NCBI GenBank assembly: GCA_013239625.1
Contig: MU053881.1
Span: forward strand, 14,064,373 to 14,128,372
Source of the DNA: Lama guanicoe
Lineage: Eukaryota
Direction of reading: 5' to 3'
Length of the DNA: 64,000 nucleotides
Part shown: positions 36,835 to 49,345 of the stretch, one piece after another
Position numbering within the stretch: position 1 is the stretch's first letter
Layout: each line of letters starts with the position of its first letter
The notes under the pieces: model-generated
What the model was told of the DNA's origin: nothing
The model's input: only the letters and a program-made list of their open reading frames with translations
Databases searched by the model: none
Program-made: the position numbers and the translations under genes

Positions 36835-37962
36835 CTTAATTCATTGCTTCAACAGAGCTTTATTAAGTGTGCCCTACATCCAAAGAACTATTCTAGGCAA
36901 CCTAAAAGGTGGAATGGACAAAACAGACCAAAATCCCTGCCTTCATGTAGTTTATATTTTGGTAGTGGGATGCAAGCAACAAGCAAACAACAAATAGTTA
37001 AAACAGATTGTATCGCATGAATGATAAATGGTTTGGAGGGGAAAAATGTAAGGAAAAATGATAGACAGTACTGGGGCATAAAAGGGCTTGTAATGTGAAA
37101 TAGGAGGGTGGTCAGGGAAGTCCCCAGTGAGAAGATGACCCTTGAGCAAGGACCAGAGGAGGTGACCAAGGGAGCCCGGAGGTTATCCAGACAGAGTCTT
37201 GGGTCTGAGGTGTCATAGGACAGGTGTGCCCTCAGAACAAGGAGGAGGCCAGTGTGGCTGCTGCAGAGTGAGCCAGGAGGGGAGGGGGCTGAGAGAAAGG
37301 CGGGCAGAGTGAGAGGAGGGGCCAGACGCGCAGGGCCCTCTGTCATGACGGCAGAGTATCTCAGAAATACCAACACAAAGGAATTGAGTGACTTTGACTT
37401 TTACTCCAAGCCTGTAGGAAGCCACTGGAGAGTTCTGAGTGGAGCTATGATTTGTATTTTCCAGAATGACTACAGCTACTCTTCAGAACAGACTCCAAGG
37501 AGCCGGAGTAGAAGTGCAGCCAGTTGGGAACTGATTGCAACAAGCCAGTTGAGAGGAGATGGTGGCTCAGACCAGGGGACGTCAGAGAAGGGGGGAAGAA
37601 TTGGTCAGACTCTAAATAAAGCTGACCCTTGAACAACACAGATTTGAACTGTGCAGGTCCACTTGTACATGAATTTTTTTCCAGTAGTAAATGGTGCAGT
37701 ACTACACCATCCACATTTGGTTCAATCCGCAGGTACGGAACCACAAATACAGAGGAACCACGTACCCAGATTTTCAGCTGCACATAGGCACAGTGCCCCT
37801 AACCCCCACGTTGTTCAAAGGTCAATTGTATATTGAGGTAGAGGTTTCCTGATTGACTGTATGGGATTGGATATAGGGTACCACAGAGAGAGACAGACCA
37901 AGAGGAATAAAAAATGACACAAAAGTATTTGGCCAACAATTGGGATGATGGAGTTGCAATTT
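36835..37962 (-). mobile_element. L2 LINE 3' portion, interrupted by a Tigger-type MITE
   Basis: 'attcattgcttcaacagagctttattaagtg', 'aaaatccctgccttcatgtagtttatatt', 'ggaagccactggagagttctgag'. Resumes after 37830. Confidence 0.9.
37619..37828. mobile_element. MER8/Tigger2a-like TcMar-Tigger MITE
   Basis: Terminal inverted repeats 'agctgacccttgaacaac' and 'gttgttcaaaggtcaattg', flanked by TA on both sides. Confidence 0.9.
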
Positions 37963-37964
37963 GG

Positions 37965-38110
37965 GAACAAATTATGATTAATCTCTCTCTGCCTCGGTTT
38001 CATCATCTGTCAAATGGGTAAATTAATTAAAATGTGAAAGTTAAATGAGTTTTTACAAGAAAATTGTTTAGAATTATTTCTAGTGCATAAAAAGCAAGTA
38101 TTAGCTACTC
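37965..38110 (+). mobile_element. MIR SINE fragment
   Basis: 'ttaatctctctctgcctcggtttcatcatctgtcaaatggg'. Confidence 0.8.
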
Positions 38111-39399
38111 ATCTCATGGTTTTCCTCCTTTCCCTGCTTACCTCCTTCAGAGAACTAAGCACAATCTAACATGGTCTTGTTTCTTTTTCTTTGTCATCTG
38201 TCCCCTCCACCAAAGTAGAAGTTTCATGAGGGTATCTGCCAAGTTCGTGCTGTAAGGTCAGCTTCCACAGCAGTGTTTCAAATTTAATATCTGCCTGATA
38301 AATATTTCTGAGTAGAAACATGAAAGAATATGCCAGCCTGGCTTTCCCCGTGATGTCTCTGCTTGACATCTGTACTGTCTATTTCATAGCCTCCGACTTG
38401 TCCACTTGCAGCTTGGACAGTGGCATTAAGGAGAGCCTTAAAAGGTGGATCACACGAGGGTTACGTAGTTTGCTCAGAAAATCTCTGTTGTGCCTGGTGA
38501 AGGGAAGAGCTGTACCTCAGTGCAGCTGTCAGTGGGAGCTTCGAGATTCCAGGCATCACAGTCTGCCTGCTTCCTCTGAAGCTGAGATCAAGGCATCCAG
38601 TTCCTTAATTAGCAGAGCCGCTGCCCAGCCTCCATCCCCTGGTTCTGCTGTCAAGATGTCGCACATCTCCGGGCTGGCTTCCCATCCCAAGCCGGTTTGG
38701 CTCTCTGTGCGTGGCTGGGGGAAGGCAGGCAAAGGGCAAGAAGCCAATTAGATTGAAATGGAATCTGGTCTTTGGAGGCCCCTTGTCAGGGTGAGAGTAT
38801 TGGTTGTTCCCAAGGATGACAGATGTTTCTTTATATGAGTTGATCTCAGAGGTTAGAGGTCATTTGTAAATAAGATTTTCTCCACTTGGTGCGGGAAGTC
38901 CTGTTCTTCATGCCATCTATTTTTTTTTTTAATCCTTGAGGCTTTTTGTTTGTGTTTTGACATGCTTGCTACCCGCAGAATGGCTGTTTGGTCTGGAATG
39001 AATATTTCAAATCCTTGGGAGCAGCTGAAGTAGCAATCAACAAACAGGTTCAGGGAGGGCGCCTGTGCTCAGTTCACACGCTGCTAAGACAACCCAGCAG
39101 AGGGGATAAGGCAGAGTAGCTGGTACGATGAACGAATGAATGAGTGAGTGATGCCTCAACAAGTCTTTCCTCTGGTTTTAGCCGGGATGAGGGGAAGTAA
39201 GCTCAGTTCTACTGTTTGGTCTTTATGTTGTTGGTCTAAGAAATTTCGTTTTTATGTCGATGATACTCCATAGAATATAATCTTCAAGTAAAGAATAACC
39301 CATAGTGATTATAAACACAAATTTTAGTCCAGATCAGGGAATTTTTTTTTAACTCAGGTCAAGTATCTGTGAACTATCTGAAAGATATTTTTTAATGTA

Positions 39400-39620
39400 T
39401 CTAGTTAATAATCGCTTATGAGGGAAGCACTTGGTATGGGGCAGTCATTGCTGTATGTTTTAGAAATTGTTTCTCACATAATCCCCACAACCCTAGAAGG
39501 TTAGGATTATTATCTCTACGTAAATAAGGTCACTGAGACACTAAATGTGTAAGTAGGACTCACAGCTAGCAAGTGGCAGAGCTGGGGCTGGAGCTCAGTC
39601 TGCATCTAACTGTATACACC
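39400..39620 (-). mobile_element. MIR SINE
   Basis: 'aatccccacaaccctagaagg...ggactcacagctagcaagtggcagagctggggctggagctcag'. Confidence 0.8.
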
Positions 39621-40271
39621 ATGTCATGGTAGTTCAAGGGGAAGGCATGGATGTGGGGTTGTTGTTTGGTTTTGGTTTTGTAAAGGGGATGTAAACTAAT
39701 GAAATAAATCAGAGGGTCTCATAGACTCCAAGGGCAAGAGACTCGCTAGTCTCACAAGGATTAGAACCCGAGGTCAAGTCATCAGGTACCTTTGCAGCCA
39801 TCTGTCTGGCCTCTTAGATTTTCTGTGTGTTTTCTCTGTGAGACTGGCCTGTGCAGCTGTCCCTTAGCTTGACCAACACACAGGCTGAGCGTCTTAGCCT
39901 CTTCCATTTGACTGTCACGTTTACCTCTCATTTGTGACTCTAAAGAAAATCATGAGAGTCTAAATGGACCGAATTTAAAAGTTGACTCTCCGGAAGCCTC
40001 CTTGGAAATCTTGAGTTGCATTGTGGCAGCCTGTTCAGAACTCCCATCCCATGGTCCTTCCTTGACGCCACAATCCTCATGGCAATGGCCTTGGGCCAAG
40101 AGGAGGCAAAAGTGTGAGCTTTCGCCCAGGGATGACAGTGTTAAAGATCTAGCAGAACCCATTTTACACCCCGAAACCTCATTTCAATATTCATTCAATA
40201 TGAGAAGTCAGGTCAACATCACTGTAATTACCTATGAAAGCTCATAGCTCAGGAAGTGTTAACATGGTGGG

Positions 40272-40751
40272 TGTGGGGGGAGGGGGCTGCAGAATACACC
40301 CCTGTCCCCAGAATGTGCCACTTGGGCAGATGGATTATTTTGAGCTGAAGGCAGCAAAGTCAGAAAGAGCTTTTTACCTCCTCAACTGCCTAAAAGAATT
40401 TAGATTTAGGGCCTGTACCAGGAAGAGAGCTATTAGCAGAAATGACCTTTTAGATCAGAAAGACTTATTTTCATGACCAGGCAAACATTTGTTTACCAAA
40501 CATTTGCTCTTCTTATCTTTCCGTGAATTGTTTCCTCCCCTTCGAAGGCCCAGGCCCGGAACCCTTCCCCTTTCTTAGCTCAGGATGGTGAGTAATCATC
40601 AATTACCTGTCTGCTGGGGTGTCTCATTTTTATGGGGCTCCTATGCTTACAAAATGTGTTTTCCTCCTGTTAACCTGTCATATGTCAATTTAATTACCAG
40701 ACCAGCCAAGGAGCCCAGAAGGGAAGAAGGGGAAAGTCTTCCACCCCTCCA
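40272..40751 (+). mobile_element. ERV1 solo LTR (MER34A-like)
   Basis: TG...CA termini. 'aatgtgccacttgggcagatggattattttgagctgaaggca', 'ttttcctcctgttaacctgtcatatgtcaatttaatta'. Confidence 0.85.
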
Positions 40752-40913
40752 TGCTCCACAGGGAAAGGGCACCGTTGTCCGCAAATCCCTAGGTGTTCGG
40801 ACGTATCCCATCCTGTGATTCAAACAGAACGCTGGGTGTGCAGTGTCCCCACCTTAGGAAAGCCCAGCTGGCAACTTTGCACATTTATAGTGTTTGTTTC
40901 AGAAGTCATGCTT

Positions 40914-41411
40914 ATTGCCAAACAAGTGGCCTCTGTGCCCGCTGCCAAAATAAAACAGAGACAGGATTTGGGGAGGATAGAAAAGAAACAGCTTTATTGC
41001 TTTGCCAGGCAAAGGGAGTCCCAGCAGGCTAACTTCTTAAAGAGCAGAGCGTGAGCTCCCATGGGGAGCAGTAGGCAGGGAGTTAGATGGGAAGAGTCCA
41101 GAGACCAAGGCTTCTGATAAGGGTCCTGGTATGTGCAGGAGGCTGCATTCCTTCCCTCCAGAGGGTCTCGTGAATCACTGGATGGCACCCTTGTCATCCG
41201 ATAGTAATGGGGTCTTCACCTCCAAGAGTTAGTGATCTGGACCTTCCGCTATCTTGGTGCCTGGAATGAAAGTTGCTCAAGGGGGAGGGGGAGTGCTCTA
41301 AGGAGGAGAGGAAAAAAAATGCATGAGTTTAAAATTAGGCTAAGTGTGCTTTAGCGTGAGGGAAGCCATTCTAGGTGACCATCATACAGTCACAAATAGT
41401 GTGTAGTTACA
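40914..41411 (-). mobile_element. Cetartiodactyl-type ERV solo LTR
   Basis: 'agagacaggatttggggaggatagaaaagaaacagctttattgctttgccaggcaaaggg' resembles an antisense LTR R/U5 with AATAAA. Boundaries approximate. Confidence 0.7.
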
Positions 41412-43629
41412 CACACACACTCTTAGTCCTCAGCACAAACAACCTCTATTAAAACTGGCCTCCTTACTGCAACCAGTGTAGTCGCTCATGCCAGTTATCA
41501 GCCGAGTGAACTGACAGCAACAATACCAGGAAAAAGCAGTGAGTGGAGTCCTGAGGTGGAATGATTTTTGACAGCGTGGCTTCCTGAGCAGACGTGCAAA
41601 TCACATGCTTCTCCATGAAAGCTACAATTTTGACCCAGATGTCTCTGAAAAACCAACAGCAGATGTGGTGAGATATCAAGAAAGAAATTTCCAGCATGAG
41701 TTTAAGGCTACTTTGAGATGTTCACGAAGGCTATAAACTCAGGGGGGAAATACAAACACAGAAAAGGAGCCAGAGAAGAATATTCTAGAGAATTGAGCTG
41801 AAACCGTTGAATTAAGAGGCTCATCATTGCAGAGAATTTTACATTACAAAGCAAGGATCGGAATCTCCTGGCCAAAGCCTGACTGCAGAGGTTTCCAGGC
41901 AGACTGCCTCATAAGAAAAATCTAAGAGTTGACTTTAATTTGAGTTCATTTCAAAGGACCCTGGAGCAAAAAAAAAAAGAGTCCTTAAGAAGCTTGTTAG
42001 AGAGACACTTGCCAGGAAAGGAAGCCAGCATTTCCATTTTAAACTTCGTTGCTCTCAGATTTTTGTAAAACCTCTTTAGAAACAGAAAGAAAGAAAACAC
42101 AATGTAGCCTTTAGATTCATTATTTGATTTTAGCTTCTTAATGAATGTTTGCAAAAGCACATATTTGGGGTTACTGTTTCCTTCGTTCGTTTCCACCGTT
42201 AGCTTCGGTCGTTTTTATGGTTCACCAAGTGTCCACGGGGCAGTACCAGTTCCCAGCATCACTCCTGTGGGAAATAAGGCCTTACATTAAGTCAGCTAGA
42301 TTCGCCAGCAGAAAGCAATTAGGTTAGGAGCTGCAGCTCAGGTATATCCGGAGCAGCCCTGAGATGACCCGTGCCTTGGGAGGGGACACAGGAACATGCA
42401 GAATCTGTCCTCAAGGAGAAATGCAGCTTCGTTACTGGCATTTGTTGACACTGCAGCTCAGTGTGTGAAAGGGGATAAGTCGGGCCACCTCGATAGCAGA
42501 AGTACGGACTGCGGAGCCCAAGAGACGCACATTTCAGTCCTGACTGGGCTCCTGGTGACCTCTTTGATCTTCAGGAAGTCACCTAACCATCTGGGGCTGG
42601 GTCTCTTCGCTGTGAAATGGGAAGAAAAATCCCTGCCTTGTAAGGGGACGGTGAAGTTTTAGGGGTGATCTGCTTCCCAGCACTGGCACACACACTAGAC
42701 CAGGTACACGGTGGCCAGAGTTCTCCTGCTTGAGATGAGGATAATGATGTTTTTATCAGAGGTCTGGGATCATTTTCAGACAACCTCCTGGCTCTTCCCC
42801 TGTGGATCTCTGGAATGCCGAGTACAGTAAGAATCCACTGTGATAAATTATCAAGTGAAAACAAGGATTTATCTCGATTCCACTCAGTAGTTACTCAGCG
42901 AGCACTGGGCGGGGGCACTGCTTGAGGACAAGGTGTGCAAAGGCGAATCACGTCTTGACCTTTGGCCTCCAGGCACTTACGCTCCGTTGGTACCGGCTGA
43001 GTGCTGAGTGCTGAGTTCCAGTCCGAGGACACCAGCGAGCCTCTGTCCTCCCGAGTTTACTCATTTATGTGTTTGTTCACTTGTTTATTCCACAAACACG
43101 TCTGTCCCTGCTGTGTGCCAGATCTTGAAGCAGACACCGTCTCTGTCCTCAGGGAGCTCTCTGAGGGGAAACAGGGAACAGGCAGTGAGAACACAGGTGA
43201 CTGGCGTTCTGCCTAGTTTAAATTTCAGAGAGAAATGACAACAGGAGCATCAGTGTATGTACACCCTTCCTGGCCAAGGGCCACCTTGAGCTCCTCACAG
43301 CTTCCTACCCTGCAGGGGCAAGGCTATTAATAATCGAAGCCCTCCTTATTTCTTTAGCTTCTAGATCAAGTCCCCTCCTCTGAATACTTAGCTTTCTCCT
43401 TCATCTCAGCCTGGTCCTCTGTGGTCCTTCCAGAGACCCCACCAAGCATAGGGTAACCCAGGCTGTTTTTCCACTCCGGACCCAGCATCCCACTGTGTCC
43501 CTGGTGTCTTGCTTTGGGTACATACCAGAGACCCTTCCCCGAAGTTCTAGCAGGTGGGGCAGTGGAGGAGCAACTGGACATGGAAAGAGTTCGTTAAGTG
43601 TCTCAGGACAGCAAGGTGGTCACGAGCCC

Positions 43630-43850
43630 AGGTCCAGCGGCCAGACAGGTGTGGCTCCCAATCTGGACTCTGCCCCGTGAACTGTGGGATCTCCAGGAAG
43701 ATGTTCAACCTCTCTGAGCCCTATTTCCCCTTCTGTCACATGGAAATAACAATAGTTCTTCACTCCCAGGGCTCTTGTGAGGATTAAATAAGTTAATGCT
43801 TCCAAAGGCCATAGGTTAGCGCTTGGTGTTTGATAAACTCTCAACCAATT
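43630..43850 (+). mobile_element. MIR SINE
   Basis: 'ttcaacctctctgagccctatttccccttctgtcacatggaaataacaatag...gtgaggattaaata'. Confidence 0.85.
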
Positions 43851-44329
43851 TACTCCCGTTAAAGCAGGGGCGCTCCAAAATCCTGCAGTTTGGAACAAAC
43901 TGCCCCACACCTGGTGAGGGCTTGAGCTTTCAAGAAGGGAGGTAGCTCTGGGAGATCTCAACCCTTCTCTACAAAATGAGAGGAAAATGAGAAAGAGTGA
44001 ATGAACCACACAGAAGGAGGAGGAGAGCACTGAAAACACACACACGCCCAGAAGACACACTGAGCCTTACCCTCCACCCGACTTACCACAATGTGACACT
44101 GTTGTTTTTGCTTTGGATTTTTTTTTAAGGTTGAGATATGGCTGAAGCTTATTGTATCTCCCTCTTTTCCTCCTTCTGCAAACAGAACGACCATCCTAAA
44201 TTTGGTGTTAATTATTCCCATGCATTTTTATCCTATAAGTATATATAAATCTGTAAATAATATATTGTACTCTTTTAAATCTTGGATTAACGGTATTTCT
44301 AAAAGAAAATCTCTATTCCCTGTTCACTC

Positions 44330-44815
44330 TTTATTGATTAGTTGGCTTACTTCAATATTTACTTTTCTTCTTTGCAGAACGTGTAGTTTGTGTCGGGCAA
44401 CAGTGCACCCAACTAAAGGCTCACATTTCCCACCGCCCCTTGCAGCTAGAGAGGCAGCCAGTGAGATGAAAGCTGAGGTCAATGGCCAGAGCTTCTGGGA
44501 CGACCCTCTAAAGGGGCTCCTCTTCCAGGGGTACCCTTTGCTTTCCTTGCCTTTTCCTTCTTCCTACCTGGGTCATGAGTGGAGGATGAAGTGCCAGTGG
44601 CTCTTTGGTCCATGACACACCTTGAGGTTGGAAATCGGTGCTAAGGAGCAGAAAGACCTTGCATCCCTCATGACCTTGGGTCCCTCATGACCTTGGAGCC
44701 TGTGTATCAGCCTTGAACAACCTATCTCCACATTTGTTTTATGTCATAAGCAAATGTCTTAGTTAAGGCACGTTTTGTTACTGTTGTTAAATGCACTTGA
44801 ATCTAACCCCAAGTG
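44330..44815 (+). mobile_element. MaLR solo LTR (MLT1H/I/J-like)
   Basis: 'cacatttcccaccgccccttgcagctaga...gccagtgagatgaaagctgaggt'. Contains a 17-bp-period tandem duplication TCCCTCATGACCTTGG at 44664-44696. Confidence 0.75.
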
Positions 44816-44904
44816 CTAGAGAATCATACTGTGTGTATCACCCTCCAACTTGAATTTATTCCTCAACATTATGTTTCCATTGCTCAGCATTCTGTTTATT
44901 TTAC

Positions 44905-45170
44905 AAGGCAGGTGTAGCTTTGAAATCACCCGTGCTGGAATTAGATTGGCTGGTTCACAGCCCACCTCTGGCACTGACAGCTACAAGACGTGGAGCTAAT
45001 GACTTAAACTTCTCTGTATCTTAGTTTGCTCATCTATAAAATGGTGACGATTATAGTACCCCCAGCACAGGACTGGCAAGAGAATTAAATGAGTTAATCT
45101 TCACAAGGAAAGTGCTTACAATAGTACCTACAGCAACGTAATGATTAAACCTGTAAGAGACTGATTAACT
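44905..45170 (+). mobile_element. MIR SINE (near full length)
   Basis: 'gacttaaacttctctgtatcttagtttgctcatctataaaatgg...agaattaaatgagttaat...aaagtgcttacaatagtacct'. Confidence 0.85.
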
Positions 45171-45777
45171 ATTCTTTTGCTTTATCCATGTTGATATAGT
45201 TCAGTTTTAACTGCCATATAATACTCCATTTTATAAACAGGTTACAGTGTATTTTTTCATTGTCTGTTTGATGGATTTTCAAGTTGTTTCCAGGTTTTAA
45301 CTTCTAGGGAATAATGGTGCATTGAGCATTTCTGAATACATCTCCTTGTGTACACATGTGCCAGTTTCTCCAGGGTGCCTACCTAGAAGCAGAAATGCTG
45401 AGTCTGGGGACATGTACACTTTCCACCTGCCTTGAAAAAGCTCACTTGCTTCCTGAAGTGGTCATAACAATCCATATAAGAAAGTGCTCTTTGCATCTCA
45501 TCTTCACCAGTCTCGGTGTAAATAGACTTGTTTTTTGCCAATCTGATGGCGTCACAAGGTATCACTTTGTTCTTGGTTTAATTTGCATCTCCCTGATTAC
45601 TAGTGAAGCTGAAAATAATTTCCTGTGCTTTAGAGCCACTTGGGTTTTGTCTTCTACAAACAACTTGTTTCTATCATTTATTTTTCCACAGGGTTATCTT
45701 TTCCTTTTTGAATTTGTATATATAATAGTGCTACAAACATCTCTTCCCAATGTGCGACTTGCCTTTCCACATTCTTT

Positions 45778-46984
45778 TTTTCCAACAAAATTTTATCTTT
45801 TTAATAATATCAAAATACATATTTCTGCTATTTATGTACCAATTGTAATGTTCAATACTGAAGAAAGTTTTTTTTGTATTTTTTTTATTAAAGTATAGTC
45901 AGTTTACAATGTTGTGTCAACTTCTGGTGTACAGCATAATGCTTCAGTCATACGTGAACATAGGTTTATTTATTTTCATATTTTCTTTCACCAAAGGTTA
46001 CTACAAGATATTGAATATAGTTCCCCATGCTATACAGTATGAACTTGTTGTTTATCTATTTTATATATATTAGTATCTGCAAATCTCCAACTCCCAATTT
46101 ATCCCACCACACCCCCTCACCCACCTGGTAACCATAAGTTTGTTTTCTATGTTTGTGAGTCTGTTTCTGTTTTGTAAGTAAGTTCATTTGTCTCTTTTTT
46201 TAAATTCCACATATGAGTGATATGAGGTTTATAGTATCTTGTCTTACATTTAAGTCTTTAAGCTAGTCTGAGTTTATTTTTGTGTATGGTGTGAGGGAGC
46301 TAACGTCATTGATTTACATGCAGCTGTCCAGCTTTCCGAACACCATTTGCTGAAGAGACTGTCTTTACTCCTTTTGTGTTCTTGCCTCCTTTGTCAAAGA
46401 ATAATTGACCAAAAGTTTGTGGATTTATTTCTGGGCTGTCTATTCTGTTCTATTGACCTTTGTGTCTGGTTTTTTGTACCGATACCATGCTGTTTTGATT
46501 ACTGTAGCTCTGTAGTATTGTCTGAAGTCTGAGAGAGTTATTCCTCCAGCTTCATTCTTTTTCTTCAGTAATGCTTTGGCAATTCTGGGTCTTTTGTGAT
46601 TCCATGTAAATTTTAGGATGATTTGTTCTAGTTCCGTGAAAAATGTCCTGGGTAATTTGATAGGGATTGCATTACATCTGTAGATTGCTTTGGGTAGTAT
46701 GGCCATTTTAACAATATTAATTCTTCCAATCCAAGAACGTGGGCTATCTTTCCATTTCTTCAAATTATCTCTGATTTCCTTAGTCAGTGTTTTGTAGTTC
46801 TCCGCATATAAGTCTTTCACTTCCTTGGTCAGATTTATTCCTAAGTATTTTATTTTTTTGGATGCAATTTTTAAAAGGGATTGTTTCTTTGCTTTCCTTT
46901 TCTGATACTTCATTGTTAGTATAAAGAAATGCCACTGATTTCTGTATGTTAATCTTGTATCCTACGACCTTGCCAAACTCTTTG
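45778..46984 (-). mobile_element. Camelid-type L1 insertion with 3' transduction and internal deletion
   Basis: ORF 46440-46913 '[17 protein letters not shown]...[19 protein letters not shown]...GGITL' is L1 ORF2. 3' UTR at 45887-46223. TSD CACATTCTTT at 45768-45777 and 46985-46994. Confidence 0.93.
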
Positions 46985-47871
46985 CACATTCTTTAGGGAA
47001 TAAAAGAAATCTAATGTAGTTAAATTTATCGATCTTTACTGCAGTTATTGATGTCTGTACCTTAGGCGTTCCCTCCCTACCTCAAGGTCGTAAGAATCTT
47101 CTCTCGTTTTCAGTTTCTCTCCGGGGGGAAATCTTTCCTGCACCTGGGATTTATTTTTGTGTGTGTATTGTGAAGTAGAAATTTGTCGTTGTTTTGATAC
47201 GAGTTAGCGGTGATCTCAGCGCTATCGATTGAGTAGTCCGTCTGTCCACACTGATTTGTAAGGCTACATCTGTCACGGATCAAGTCCCCATATGTGCACG
47301 AGTCTGGTGGCCAGCTCTCTGGTGTGTGTCACTTGTCTCCTTGCGACCATGGTGCCAACAGGCACTGTCTGCATCTCAGTCTCTAAGGGGTCTTTAATCC
47401 ACAAGATAATTCGGGAACCTTGGTTTGTTGGCATCATGCAGATGAATCAAATCGTAGTTAGGATGGGTTTGTCTCTGTTCAGGCTGACCAGAGCTATGTA
47501 GGACAAGCCTCAGTGCCGCCAGAACACGTCAGAAGGGAGGAAGAGATTTAACTCAAACTTGCCTGTGACTTCTCTTCTCTATGTATATACCCCGTGGCAT
47601 TCCTGACTCCAAAACCCATACACGCATTCTGCCACCATCAGAGTCTACAGGATGCTCTACTCAACAGCCCCCCTCCCCATCTTGCTGGACAGCAAAGCCA
47701 TTTTGGGTCCAAAGAAAGGGAAAGGTGCCTAGATGCAAAATTTATGACCTGGATAATTATGAAACGTTTGAGACATAAACCTCATGATGGGGAGATGTAA
47801 AATGTCCCCAAATTCCCACATGAGTAACTTTAAAAATTTGGGAAAAAAATGGAAATAAACTCTTTACTCAC

Positions 47872-47901
47872 CAGATGGGGTGTCATCTCCTTGGCTCGTG
47901 C
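47872..47901 (-). other. Candidate 30-nt internal exon of an unidentified transcript
   Basis: Minus strand: branch-like CCTAATC, then 'acttcatcctgtcctttcag' | GCACGAGCCAAGGAGATGACACCCCATCTG | 'gtgagt'. Confidence 0.35.
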
Positions 47902-49244
47902 CTGAAAGGACAGGATGAAGTGATTAGGAGGTGGGAAGGAGGGTGAGTGTCGCTACCTACCATGTGTTAATTTGCTTTTATCTCAATTTTCTCTGTCAGA
48001 ATGCTAAGCCAAACAAAGTGCCCCAGGGAGAAGGCTAATTTTGTTTTATAAATCAGATAACAAAACCCCTGCAACACCCTAAGAAAAATGTTTAAATGTA
48101 TCCAATGCCCCAGGCACCAGGAAATGTCAGTGGGTCAGCCTCAGTAGCCTTCGTCAGAATTCAGGCAGACAGGACCGTAGAAACCAAGGCCAGTGGTTTT
48201 TCTAAACATCCAGGATCTCTCGCCAAGGACTGAGGTTTAATGAAGAGGGGAGAATTGGGCCTCAGGGACCAAGTCTTCAGAAGGGATAAATTTCCCAGAG
48301 GCATGCGCAGCCCCAAGCTCCACCCAGCCGTGCAAGGACAGCAGTCTGCCTGTCTCTCTCAGGCTGATGGGGACTGACTGATTTCTCAGTGAGCTGCTTC
48401 TCCGTATCCCCGTGGACCTCTGCCTTTTAAGCCAGAGGAGTATTTAAGCGGTGAAACCTGTTTCCCTAGTTTCTTCCCATTCCTTTTGTGTCTCTTTTTC
48501 TCTCTTCTCCTGCCTCTGGGTTTGTGAGTTTTTGTCTTGCCGTAGAAGACCACAGTCAGTCTCTTTTACAGTCTTACAGACCTCCATTCACTCATCTGAT
48601 ATTAACAACGCTTTCTTTACTGTGGGAAACAGATTAACAACTGCCGTCTATTGTTCTTACAAAAATTTACATGTGGACCCGTGTGCCCCTATCCTGAGGA
48701 TAAATTGTGCGTATTACAAAAAAGGAAAAAGAGTGTGTGATGTTGTCACAAGCCAGTGTGAAGTCTCTGTCCAGAAATGTGCTTGCTTGCTGTTGAGAGA
48801 GTCTGAAGACAACCAGAGAACCCCTCAGAGTCTGAAATGAGGCAAAAAGTTTGCGATGAGCTGTGGTCAAGAGCGTGAGGTTACCACCCTGAAGAGCTAG
48901 ACCCCGGCCCACCCACACCAGCCCAGGGCTCCGCCGTAGTGGGAGACCTAGACGTAGTGTGGGTCACAGCAGAAAGTCACTTAGTCTTGTTTCAGATCAG
49001 AGTAAAGGGGGATGCAAACAAACAGCCCACAATAAATCATGAGACCGATCGAGTCTCTTGGTGCCAACGATCAAGTACCATTGTGGTGCTGAGGTCAGGC
49101 TCTGGACTTTTCTCTAATTTGAAGTGCTTTGTAACTTGAGAAATTTTAAAATGCCAAAGTAAAACCCAAGTAAAGTTTGTCATTTAGGTCACTGTGTTAT
49201 ACCTACACTAAGTTCTTATTCTGACAGACGTGTATATCCTGGTT

Positions 49245-49345
49245 CTGTAAGATTAGGAAAACCTGGGGTGAAGGAAATCTTTGTACCATCTTTGCAAGTC
49301 TTCTGTAAACTTAAAATTATTCCAAAAGCAAAAGTTTATTTTTAA
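49245..49345 (+). mobile_element. Old L1 extreme 3' end (L1MC-like)
   Basis: 'ggtgaaggaaatctttgtaccatctttgcaagtcttctgtaaacttaaaattattccaaaa'. Confidence 0.75.

Larger units (their letters stand above)
44120..47400 (-). mobile_element. Ancient L1 (L1ME-like) in fragments, host to MLT1, MIR and a young L1
   Basis: Colinear antisense L1 pieces at about 44120-44300, 44820-44900, 45175-45777 ('ttaatttgcatctccctgattactagtgaagctga') and 46995-47400. Confidence 0.8.
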
